Assembly: GCA_025062075.1 (NCBI GenBank)
Contig: JANXBA010000022.1
Span: 1,125-65,124 of the forward strand
Source of the DNA: Aquificaceae bacterium
GTDB lineage: Bacteria; Aquificota; Aquificia; Aquificales; Aquificaceae
DNA: 64,000 bases
Direction: 5' to 3'
In this document: positions 56,848 through 64,000 of the stretch, in pieces
Numbering within the stretch: position 1 is the stretch's first letter
Layout: each line of letters opens with the position of its first letter
Program-made: the position numbers and the translations under genes
The notes under the pieces: model-generated
Database searches by the model: none
Seen by the model: only the letters and a program-made list of their open reading frames with translations
Told to the model about the DNA's origin: nothing

Positions 56848-59218
56848 GGTTTCGCACCTCCCGAGCGTAGGTCTCTATGAACTCCCTTCTGGGTTCTACG
56901 TCCTCTCCCATGAGGATGGAGAATATCCTGTCCGCCTCCGCCGCGTCCTCTATGGTTACCCTGAGGAGTCGGCGCGTGGCAGGGTTCATGGTGGTCTCCC
57001 AAAGCTGGTCCGGGTTCATCTCCCCCAAACCCTTGTACCTTTGCACTTCAAAGGACTCTTTGGCGAGCTCCAGAGCCTTTGAGTAGAGCTCTTGGAGCTC
57101 TTCCACTTGCACCTGTCTCTTGTCGTTGCCTATGCTCACGGGAAAGCAAAGAGGGAAAGCCTCCACCAAAGAGCGGTAGGTGAGGGAAGACAGGAAGTTT
57201 ATGTCCACGATTACTTTCCTGCCGGTCAGGTTGTCCTTCAGAAGAAGCTCGTAGGCGTCCTCCTGCTGGTCGTAGCGAGCCTCCGCTTGCAGGTGAGAGA
57301 GCCTTTTTTCTAATTCCTGCAGTTTTTCCTTTAGTCTGTCGGGCTCTCTCAGGTCCTGCTCGCTAAGAGTAACTTCGAGCAGGGCACTAAGCACGTCCTC
57401 ACCGGTGCGCTTGCAAAGAGCTCGGTAGCCCTCCTGTATATCCCTTGCCCTTTTAAGAAGTTGAAGGAGCTCTTCTCCCGCGTACTCTCTCCCCTTGCAG
57501 TCGCGCAGGGTGGCCTCCTCCTGAAGGGTTTTGAGAAGCAGGCTTTCCAGTTCCCTGTCGTCTTTTACGTATTGCACCTTCTTGCCCTTCTTTACCCTAT
57601 ACAGAGGAGGCTGAGCTATGTATAGATGTCCTGTCTCTATGAGCTTGGGCATGTAGCGGTAGAAGAAGGTAAGGAGAAGCGTCCTTATATGGGAGCCGTC
57701 CACGTCAGCGTCAGTCATCAGAATCACTCGGTGGTAGCGCAGTTTGGACAGGTCCGTGTCCTCCCCTATGCCACAGCCGAGGGAGCTCACTATGGTCTTT
57801 ACCTCTTCGTTGGCAAAGACCTTGTCAAGCCTTGCCTTTTCTACGTTGAGTATCTTACCTCGCAAGGGTAGGACTGCCTGAGTCCTTCTGTCCCTTCCCT
57901 GCTTTGCGGAGCCCCCTGCGGACTCACCTTCTACGATGAATATCTCGCAAAGGCTGGGGTCTTTCTCCGAGCAGTCCGCCAGCTTGCCGGGAAGGCTCGT
58001 ATCTTCCAGGGGAGACTTTCTCCTTACCAGCTCCTTTGCCTTTCTTGCGGCCTCTCTTGCTAGGGCGGACTCCACTGCCTTCTCCACTATGAGCCTGAAA
58101 AGGTCCCTGTTGTTGTCAAAGTACTCAGAGAGGAACTCGTAGGTTAGGGATTCTACGATGTTTTTCACATTCTGGTTGCCTAACTTGGTCTTGGTCTGTC
58201 CCTCAAACTGAGGCTCTGGGACTTTGCAGGATATTACCGCCACGAGCCCCTCTCTCAGGTCCTCCCCCGTTATGGTCTCTTTTAGCTCCTTCTGGAGCTT
58301 TATGTTGGGAAGGACTCTCATGACCGCCTTAGTAAGGCCAGACCTAAAGCCCGTCAGGTGAGTGCCTCCCTCCAGAGTCTTTATGTTGTTGACGAAGGTT
58401 TCCACCGACTCCCTGTAGTCCCTGGTGTAGCTAAAGGCGATGTCCACCAGCACCTCTTCCCTCTCCCCTTTTATGCGAATCACTTTCTCAAAGAGTGGCT
58501 CCTTGCCCGCACAGAGAAAGCTCACCAGCTCCTCTATGCCCCGTTCAAACTTGTAGGTGAGCCTTTTGTCGCTCCTCTCGTCTATTAGCGTAAAGGTGCA
58601 ATCGGGGTTAAGGTAGGCCAGCTCTCTCACCCTTCTTTCTACAATGTCAAACTTTATCTTGGTGGTTTCAAAAATCTCAGGGTCTGGCTTGAAAACCACC
58701 TTGGTGCCGCGCCGTGTGGTGTTTCCTACCACCTTCAGCTCGTAGAGGGGCTCGCCCCTCCTGTACTCCTGCTTGTATATTTTGCCCTCTCTGTAGACTT
58801 CCACCATAAGCCACTCGGAGAGGGCGTTCACCACGGAGGCACCCACGCCGTGCAGTCCGCCGGAGTACTTGTAGACCTTTTTGTCAAACTTGCCTCCCGC
58901 TCCGAGCATGGTGAAGACCATCTGCACTGCAGGAATGCCGGTTTCTGGGTGGATGCCCACCGGAATGCCCCTTCCGTCGTCCTCCACGCTCACCGACCCG
59001 TCCACATGCACGAGCACCGATATGTGGCGGGCGTATCCGGCCATGTGCTCGTCCACCGCATTGTCAAGAATTTCCCAGATAAGGTGGTGCAGACCCCTTT
59101 CCCCTATGTCGCCTATGTACATGGAAGGTCTCAGCCTCACGTGCTGAAGACCGGTGACCGCTCTTATGTCGGTCTCGGCGTATGCAGGAGCTTCCTGATG
59201 GTAGGTTTTCCCATCCAT
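56837..59218 (-). CDS. gyrB: type IIA topoisomerase B subunit (DNA gyrase B)
   Basis: EILDNAVDE, DDGRGIP, GGLHGVGASV, EGESAGG, PLRGKILN, DADVDG, YKGLGEMN; long TOPRIM insertion. Confidence 0.96.
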   Translation of the reverse strand: MDGKTYHQEAPAYAETDIRAVTGLQHVRLRPSMYIGDIGERGLHHLIWEILDNAVDEHMAGYARHISVLVHVDGSVSVEDDGRGIPVGIHPETGIPAVQMVFTMLGAGGKFDKKVYKYSGGLHGVGASVVNALSEWLMVEVYREGKIYKQEYRRGEPLYELKVVGNTTRRGTKVVFKPDPEIFETTKIKFDIVERRVRELAYLNPDCTFTLIDERSDKRLTYKFERGIEELVSFLCAGKEPLFEKVIRIKGEREEVLVDIAFSYTRDYRESVETFVNNIKTLEGGTHLTGFRSGLTKAVMRVLPNIKLQKELKETITGEDLREGLVAVISCKVPEPQFEGQTKTKLGNQNVKNIVESLTYEFLSEYFDNNRDLFRLIVEKAVESALAREAARKAKELVRRKSPLEDTSLPGKLADCSEKDPSLCEIFIVEGESAGGSAKQGRDRRTQAVLPLRGKILNVEKARLDKVFANEEVKTIVSSLGCGIGEDTDLSKLRYHRVILMTDADVDGSHIRTLLLTFFYRYMPKLIETGHLYIAQPPLYRVKKGKKVQYVKDDRELESLLLKTLQEEATLRDCKGREYAGEELLQLLKRARDIQEGYRALCKRTGEDVLSALLEVTLSEQDLREPDRLKEKLQELEKRLSHLQAEARYDQQEDAYELLLKDNLTGRKVIVDINFLSSLTYRSLVEAFPLCFPVSIGNDKRQVQVEELQELYSKALELAKESFEVQRYKGLGEMNPDQLWETTMNPATRRLLRVTIEDAAEADRIFSILMGEDVEPRREFIETYAREVRNLDV

Positions 59219-59228
59219 TTTTCAAAAA

Positions 59229-59304
59229 CACCCCCAGCGGGATTCGAACCCGCGCTCTCCGCCTTGAAAGGGCGGTGTCCTGGACCTGGCTAGACGATGG
59301 GGGC
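59229..59304 (-). tRNA. tRNA-Glu(TTC), CCA not encoded
   Basis: GCCCCCA acceptor with TGGGGGT, anticodon arm CCGCC-CTTTCAA-GGCGG, T-arm GCGGG-TTCGAAT-CCCGC, followed by TTTTT. Confidence 0.96.
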
Positions 59305-59317
59305 TAAACTCTTATAG

Positions 59318-59346
59318 ATTATATCACGCATAGTCTTTACAGTCAA
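59318..59346 (-). promoter_or_regulatory. sigma70 promoter of tRNA-Glu(-gyrB)
   Basis: TTGACT-17 nt-TATAAT with TGn extension. Confidence 0.85.
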
Positions 59347-59349
59347 GAG

Positions 59350-59573
59350 TATCCCTCAGCATGGACATTTGTTCCATGCCTCGGGTTTAGGGACTATGAC
59401 TGAAGCTTTTAGCCTTCAGTCAGTAAGCCCCACGCCCTACCCCAGGGGCGCTAATACCGCTCACTACTTAGGAAAATCCCAGGCAATGAGGGCTTGCCTA
59501 ACGTGGTCTCATTGCATCCCCCCACCTAACACGGTTAGGCAGGTTTCTGGATGCAACTTGAACCACACAGGCT
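59350..59573 (-). ncRNA. unidentified highly structured non-coding RNA candidate (~220 nt)
   Basis: Dedicated promoter upstream; at least 7 stems of 5-9 bp; G-U pairs valid only on minus strand; no credible ORF. Confidence 0.65.
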
Positions 59574-59579
59574 ATGGAT

Positions 59580-59608
59580 AGTTTACAACAAAAGGTCGTG
59601 TTTGTCAA
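59580..59608 (-). promoter_or_regulatory. sigma70 promoter driving the ncRNA candidate
   Basis: TTGACA (59608-59603)-17 nt-TAAACT (59585-59580). Confidence 0.8.
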
Positions 59609-59634
59609 GAGATTGAATAATTAGTCGCTAAGAC

Positions 59635-59856
59635 CTACCTTCTCAGCACTGAAAACGCAAGGGTCAGAATAAGGGACAGAAGGAGGCTCAGCAGGAGAGA
59701 GGTCCCCAGAGGAAGGTAGAGAGTAAGGCCATCTCTCCTTACTGTTATGTCGCCGGGTAGCCTTCCAAAGGGCAACTTGTCGGAGAAGGTAAGCAGGAGC
59801 CCTCCTACGACGAGTAAAGTGCCTATCAGTATAAGAGTCTTGCCCAGCTCGCCCAT
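59635..59856 (-). CDS. DUF2905 small membrane protein
   Basis: Start MGELGK at 59856; GRLPGDI.......Y.P..TS.LLS.LLS. Confidence 0.85.
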   Translation of the reverse strand: MGELGKTLILIGTLLVVGGLLLTFSDKLPFGRLPGDITVRRDGLTLYLPLGTSLLLSLLLSLILTLAFSVLRR

Positions 59857-59863
59857 GGGAGCT

Positions 59864-60979
59864 CTAATCCTCAAGGGTAGGGTCGGGTCTTTTGCCGGTG
59901 AGCATCTCAATGAGCTCCTTGACGCTTACTATGCCCTGCTTTTTTAGGAGGTGGCCGTTTGCACCGCTTATGAAGATGCCCTCCTCGTAGTTACCCAGCC
60001 AGGCGTAGCCAAGCCTGTCCGCTATACAGAAACCCACCTTGCGAGCCTCTTCTCCCTTGTTGCAGGGAGTTACGCAGTGGGAGACACACCCGTTCCAGCC
60101 GTCGTACCCCGCCAGCAGTCTCTCCACGAAGGGCGTCTTAACCACTCGAAGAGGGTAGCCCACCGGCGACTTAAACAGGATTATGTCCTCCTCTTCTGCC
60201 ATGAGGACGGTTTGCTTGTATATGGGCGGGGCGTCGCACTCGTGGGTGGCTATAAAGCGCGTCGCCATCTGAACTCCGCTGGCGCCTCTTTGTATGTAGT
60301 CAAAAATGTCCCTGTAGCTCCACACGCCACCTGCCACTATCACCGGAATGTTGCCCCACTTTTGGGCCTCTTGAAGGACCGAAGGGAAAAGGTTTTCCAG
60401 CTGATACTCAGGCATGAAACACTCTTCGTATTTAAAGCCCTGATGTCCTCCAGACTTTGGACCTTCCAGCACCACCGCATCGGGCAGTCTCTTGTACTTT
60501 TTCTCCCAGTTCCTGCATATGAGGTTCAAGGCCCTCGCAGAGGAAACTATGGGAATCAGCGCCACGTCCGCGTCTTCCACATACTCGGGAAGTCTCATAG
60601 GAAGCCCCGCCCCTGAAATAATCGCGTCAGCGCCCGCCTCTACCGCATCTGCGGCTACCCTTCCGTAGTCGGTGATGGCGCAGAGAATGTTAACCCCTAT
60701 CGCTCCCCTGCCTTCTGAGATTTTCTTGGCCTGCTGGACCATCAGAGTCAGGGCCTCTTTGCTGTGAGTGTGGGCCGAGCCTATGGGCCTTCCAAACTTG
60801 TCTCTTTTGACCAGCTCGGGGTATCTGTAGCCGGTGCCCACGGCGGATATGACGCCCATCGCTCCCTCGCGGGCAACCGCACCTGCCAACCTCTCCCAAG
60901 ATATGCCCACTCCCATGCCACCTTGAATTATGGGCACTTGGATTACTTTGTTTCTGAGCCGTAGAGGCGGTAAGGACAT
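59864..60979 (-). CDS. nitronate monooxygenase/FabK-like FMN oxidoreductase
   Basis: Start MSLPPL at 60979 with SD AGGAGG; PIIQGGMGVGIS, GAGLP, EGP..GGH, GVQMATRF. Confidence 0.9.
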   Translation of the reverse strand: MSLPPLRLRNKVIQVPIIQGGMGVGISWERLAGAVAREGAMGVISAVGTGYRYPELVKRDKFGRPIGSAHTHSKEALTLMVQQAKKISEGRGAIGVNILCAITDYGRVAADAVEAGADAIISGAGLPMRLPEYVEDADVALIPIVSSARALNLICRNWEKKYKRLPDAVVLEGPKSGGHQGFKYEECFMPEYQLENLFPSVLQEAQKWGNIPVIVAGGVWSYRDIFDYIQRGASGVQMATRFIATHECDAPPIYKQTVLMAEEEDIILFKSPVGYPLRVVKTPFVERLLAGYDGWNGCVSHCVTPCNKGEEARKVGFCIADRLGYAWLGNYEEGIFISGANGHLLKKQGIVSVKELIEMLTGKRPDPTLED

Positions 60980-61009
60980 AGTGTACCTCCTAAGTGTGGG
61001 AATTAAATA

Positions 61010-61280
61010 TAGCTTTCTGGGTGGAAAGAGCAAGCTCAAACTTTTAGTCGTCCCCGGCCTTTGGCTCGCCCCGGGCTTGGCACACGAAGACCACGGAGAC
61101 TACACGAAAGCGTGGGTCTCTATTCGGCTCTGAATAGACGCCCAACAACCGCCTTATGTTTGCATCCAGTATGGCCTCTTCTACCTTCTCGCCCACCTGC
61201 ACATAATCGCCAGGAAGGGCGAGAACCAAGCCCTTGAATCTGTCCTCCCGTCATAGCGGAGGGGTTTCAGGTTTTCTCAT
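61010..61280 (-). pseudogene. eroded NUDIX hydrolase
   Basis: MRKPETPPL*...LALPGDYVQVGEKVEEAIL[Nudix RE..EETG missing]...LLGVYSEPNRDPRFRVVSVVF..GEPKAGDD*. Confidence 0.8.
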
Positions 61281-62095
61281 GTGCTTTGCAGGTATTCTAA
61301 GACCGCCTCTCTTACCACCTCATAGGGAACCTCCAGCCCCGTCCACAGCCTGAAGCTCTCCATGCCTTGGTAGAGGAGCATGTCTAAGCCGTTTTGACAG
61401 GGACAGCCCAACGACTTTGCAAACTTGAGCAGGGGAGTGTCCCAGTAGATGAGGTCCATCACCTTGTGCTGGGGCGAGAGAAGCTGGTAGTCAAAGAGGG
61501 GCGGGTCCTGCTCCTTTAGGCCCGAGGAGGTGGTGTTTACCATCAGCTCCACTTCCCGCAAGACCTCCTGAGGGCTGGATACCTTTTCACAGCCCAGCTC
61601 CTTACAGAGCCTGTCCGCCTTCTCAGGGGTGCGATTCCACAGGTAAACTTCAGAGCCCTGCCCTCTCAGGGCGTAGACCACCGCACGAGCAGAGCCTCCC
61701 GCTCCTAACACCAAGGTTTTCACTCCCTTGAGCTCGGGCATTAGCTTGTGCACCGCACGGAGAAAACCTATCCAGTCAGTGTTGTAGGCGTGCACGCCCT
61801 CTGGAGTAAAGCTCAAAGTGTTGGCGGAGCCTATGGCTTTTGCGTGAGGGTCGGAAAAGTCCGCCAGCTCAAGAGCTCTTTCCTTGTGGGGTAGAGTGAC
61901 ATTCACGCCTTTCACGCCCAGAGCCTTGAGGCCCAGGAAGGCCTTCTCAAAGTCTTCAGGTTTTACCTCAAAAGGTACATACAGGGCGTTGATGGAAAAG
62001 TGTTGGAAGGCCTTGTTTTGAAAAACTGGGGACAGGGAGTGGCTCACCGGGTAGCCTACGAGCCCGTAGACCTGCGTCTTCCCGTCAAGGGTCAT
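61277..62095 (-). CDS. aroE: shikimate dehydrogenase
   Basis: Start MTLDGKT at 62095; G.PVSHSLSP..QN, NVTLPHKE, NTDWIG, GAGGSARA, ML.YQG. Confidence 0.96.
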   Translation of the reverse strand: MTLDGKTQVYGLVGYPVSHSLSPVFQNKAFQHFSINALYVPFEVKPEDFEKAFLGLKALGVKGVNVTLPHKERALELADFSDPHAKAIGSANTLSFTPEGVHAYNTDWIGFLRAVHKLMPELKGVKTLVLGAGGSARAVVYALRGQGSEVYLWNRTPEKADRLCKELGCEKVSSPQEVLREVELMVNTTSSGLKEQDPPLFDYQLLSPQHKVMDLIYWDTPLLKFAKSLGCPCQNGLDMLLYQGMESFRLWTGLEVPYEVVREAVLEYLQST

Positions 62096-62343
62096 ACTAT
62101 AGGGTACTTCGGCTGAAGTATCTCCACCTTCTTGACCCAGCGTAGGTTGCCCTTGATGGCAATGTCTACTACGCTTTTGAGGCTTACGTCCGTTATGGGA
62201 CACTCCCTACATCCTCCCTCAAACTGGAGATACACCTCGCCCTCCTTTATATCTACAACTTTCAGGTCCCCGTGGTGCTCCCTGAGGGCAGGTCTTATTC
62301 TCTCCAGTATGGACTCTACCTCTTTTAGCTCTCTCTCTTCCAT
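62092..62343 (-). CDS. NifU/Nfu-domain Fe-S protein
   Basis: IRP.L..H.GD..V.......V.L...GGC..CP. Confidence 0.9.
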   Translation of the reverse strand: MEERELKEVESILERIRPALREHHGDLKVVDIKEGEVYLQFEGGCRECPITDVSLKSVVDIAIKGNLRWVKKVEILQPKYPIV

Positions 62344-62582
62344 TTTTTCTCCTCCAGTTCTCTATAAATATGTTGAACCTTTTGCCACAAATTTCCCTGA
62401 GCTTTGTCATCTAAGTCCATCAACCTACAAAAGCCCCTTATGGTGAGCTTGTCTACCACCACCTGTTCTATGTCCTCCTCCTCAAACCTCTGGTAGCCGT
62501 AATTGAGGAGCACTTCCCTAACCTCTGGCAGGAGTTCCAAGAGCTCCGAGAGCTTGGTGTCAAGAGTAATGCGCTCTTTCAC
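62325..62582 (-). CDS. small DUF1858-like protein (85 aa)
   Basis: GTG start overlapping tusA stop (GTGA); ITLDTK.SELL...PE..EVL...G. Confidence 0.65.
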   Translation of the reverse strand: MKERITLDTKLSELLELLPEVREVLLNYGYQRFEEEDIEQVVVDKLTIRGFCRLMDLDDKAQGNLWQKVQHIYRELEEKKWKRES

Positions 62583-62830
62583 AGTTCTCTGACCTTTTTC
62601 ACAAAAAGGTGGTATTCGCCCTCCTCTTCGTAGAGGCCTATAAACTCCTGTCCCGTAGCTTTGCACCAGGCAGGTATGTCTTCCACTACGCCAGGGTCGT
62701 CTGCGATGAGCTCTAGCACCTGTCCCACCTGCATCTCCTTTATGACCTTGGCGGTCTCCGCCACCGGCACTGGGCAGAATGTGCCCACCACATCGTGGAC
62801 CACATCTGGTTTTACGTTTTCCAGCTCCAT
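62579..62830 (-). CDS. TusA-family sulfur carrier
   Basis: D..G..CP.PV, GQVL....DDPG...DIPAWC...G; SD AGGAGGAGG. Confidence 0.92.
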   Translation of the reverse strand: MELENVKPDVVHDVVGTFCPVPVAETAKVIKEMQVGQVLELIADDPGVVEDIPAWCKATGQEFIGLYEEEGEYHLFVKKVREL

Positions 62831-62848
62831 GCCTCCTCCTTGGCACAG

Positions 62849-62951
62849 GGGCCGTTGCTTTCAAAGCACAAACTCAGAAGTTGCGACCCTTCTTTTCTCC
62901 AGAAGGTGGGCCGCTCTACCAAAGCCCAACCCCCAAAAGATGCAACGGCCC
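62849..62951 (-). other. long intergenic hairpin between iscU and tusA
   Basis: Perfect 10-bp IR GGGCCGTTGC(62849-62858)/GCAACGGCCC(62942-62951) enclosing an 11-bp bulged inner stem. Confidence 0.6.
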
Positions 62952-62957
62952 TTACTC

Positions 62958-63419
62958 TCATGTGGAGAGAAACTCAAACTCTCTGTTCTCTTCCTCTTCC
63001 TCCTCGTAGCAGTCAGGTATGCGCATGGCCTCTTCCACCCTACCTTGCTTGAGAAGGTAGTCCTTTATGGCCACATGTAGCGTCTCAAGACCCAGGTTGG
63101 TGCAGTGTATCTTCTGGGGTGGAAGCCCGCCCAGCTCGTCAAAGATGTCCTTGTAGGTCAGGTTCAGGGCGTAGCTTATGGGTTTGCCCTTTATCATCTC
63201 CGTAAGCTGGGAAGATACCGCAATGGCAGAGCCACACCCAAAGGTCTTAAAGCGCACATCCTCTATAATATCCCTCTCGGGGTCTATCTTGAGAGTAAAG
63301 AGCATGGCATCTCCACAGGCAGGGTTACCACACTGCCCTATTGCGTTGGCCTCCTCCAAGACGCCCACGTTACGTGGGTTTAGAAAGTGGTCTAACACCT
63401 TCTCACTGTATTCAAACAT
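62958..63419 (-). CDS. iscU: Fe-S cluster scaffold IscU/NifU-N
   Basis: YS.KV.DHF.NPRN.G, GNPACGD.M, F.TFGCGSAIA, LPP.KIHC. Confidence 0.95.
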   Translation of the reverse strand: MFEYSEKVLDHFLNPRNVGVLEEANAIGQCGNPACGDAMLFTLKIDPERDIIEDVRFKTFGCGSAIAVSSQLTEMIKGKPISYALNLTYKDIFDELGGLPPQKIHCTNLGLETLHVAIKDYLLKQGRVEEAMRIPDCYEEEEEENREFEFLST

Positions 63420-63486
63420 CTTAACACCTCCTTAACACTGATAGCCTATAATATGGCACATTTACCCACGCATGCCATGACCTTTG

Positions 63487-64000
63487 TCAAATACTTAAGT
63501 ATGTGTCCACCAGAGAGGTAAAGGTCCTGCTCAGGCGATGGTCGTCTTGGAGCTCTAGGAAGGTTTTTACCTTTACATGACTGCTGAAGAGCCTTGAGTG
63601 TTCTACGGGCACCATGCTGTCCTGCAGGCCGTGGAAGATGTGTATCTCCTGGGGGACTTCCCGAGGAAAGCACACCTTCCCTTCGGAGATAATCTCGTAG
63701 CCCTTCTCCAGTATGTCCTTGGCAAAGTCTTTGTTTATGGTGAGCTCTAAGCCTGTCTCACACTCGGTGAACTTAAGCTCCTCTTTTCCTTCCAGCCAGT
63801 TTCCGCATCGGTCCTGTCCTACCTCCTGCAGTGTCAGGGACAAGGTGGCGTAAGAGGGAGCAAAGAGAAAGAGCTTGCTAACCGCCTGAGGTGCGTAAAA
63901 CTTAATGTAGTTAAGAGCTACGTAACCGCCGTGTGAACTGCCCGAGAGCCACAGCTCTTCGAACTTCTGGGAAAAGCCCCTTACCAAGGCATCTAACACC
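63487..64000 (-). CDS. YqiA/YcfP-like alpha/beta hydrolase (5'-truncated)
   Basis: GSSHGG nucleophile elbow, LFAP, I.HG..D..VP, DDHRL. Confidence 0.8.
   Translation of the reverse strand, partial: VLDALVRGFSQKFEELWLSGSSHGGYVALNYIKFYAPQAVSKLFLFAPSYATLSLTLQEVGQDRCGNWLEGKEELKFTECETGLELTINKDFAKDILEKGYEIISEGKVCFPREVPQEIHIFHGLQDSMVPVEHSRLFSSHVKVKTFLELQDDHRLSRTFTSLVDTYLSI

Noticed and set aside
59469-59484. RNase P RNA CR-I-like TAGGAAAATCCCAGGC on the plus strand
   Set aside because: No matching P4 partner or CR-V at a plausible distance; promoter and G-U polarity indicate the minus strand
59369-59581. 70-aa plus-strand ORF over the ncRNA candidate
   Set aside because: No SD or plus-strand promoter, atypical composition, antisense to a strong promoter
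62812-62961. 49-codon ORF (MRVRAVASF...) coupled to the iscU stop
   Set aside because: Runs out of frame into tusA, has no motif, and coincides with a strong RNA stem; the non-coding reading is preferred but not proven
1-64000. CRISPR array, prophage, integrase, intact transposase, rRNA
   Set aside because: No regularly spaced repeats or recognisable motifs seen; the tmRNA and tRNA 3' ends are flanked by housekeeping genes

Overview
Dense, housekeeping-rich window from an Aquificaceae-like thermophile (Thermocrinis/Hydrogenobacter/Aquifex type). The assignment rests on lineage markers recognised in the sequence: protein-only RNase P (HARP), citryl-CoA synthetase large subunit, a DHH-CBS-fused A-adding tRNA nucleotidyltransferase, and a tmRNA with tag LPERELALAA. 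It holds about 75 intact CDSs, tmRNA, tRNA-Glu(TTC) without encoded CCA, an acetate module (acs, ActP-like symporter, cNMP-CBS-nucleotidyltransferase, DEDDh nuclease, orphan LytTR regulator), an OprC-like TonB copper receptor, folP-cdaA-cdaR, an IscU/TusA/NifU operon and four eroded pseudogenes. I saw no CRISPR array, integrase, prophage or intact transposase. The most interesting unexplained signal is a ~220-nt non-coding, heavily base-paired RNA candidate (59350-59573, minus strand). It has its own consensus sigma70 promoter, G-U pairs that all favour the minus strand, and a possible pseudoknot/hairpin switch, and it lies directly upstream of tRNA-Glu-gyrB. Also notable: a hairpin-rich, inverted-repeat-bounded element at 15250-15594, a long hairpin between iscU and tusA, and pervasive leaderless and bidirectional -10 promoters. 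All family names come from motif recognition and memory; no database searches or folding programs were run.
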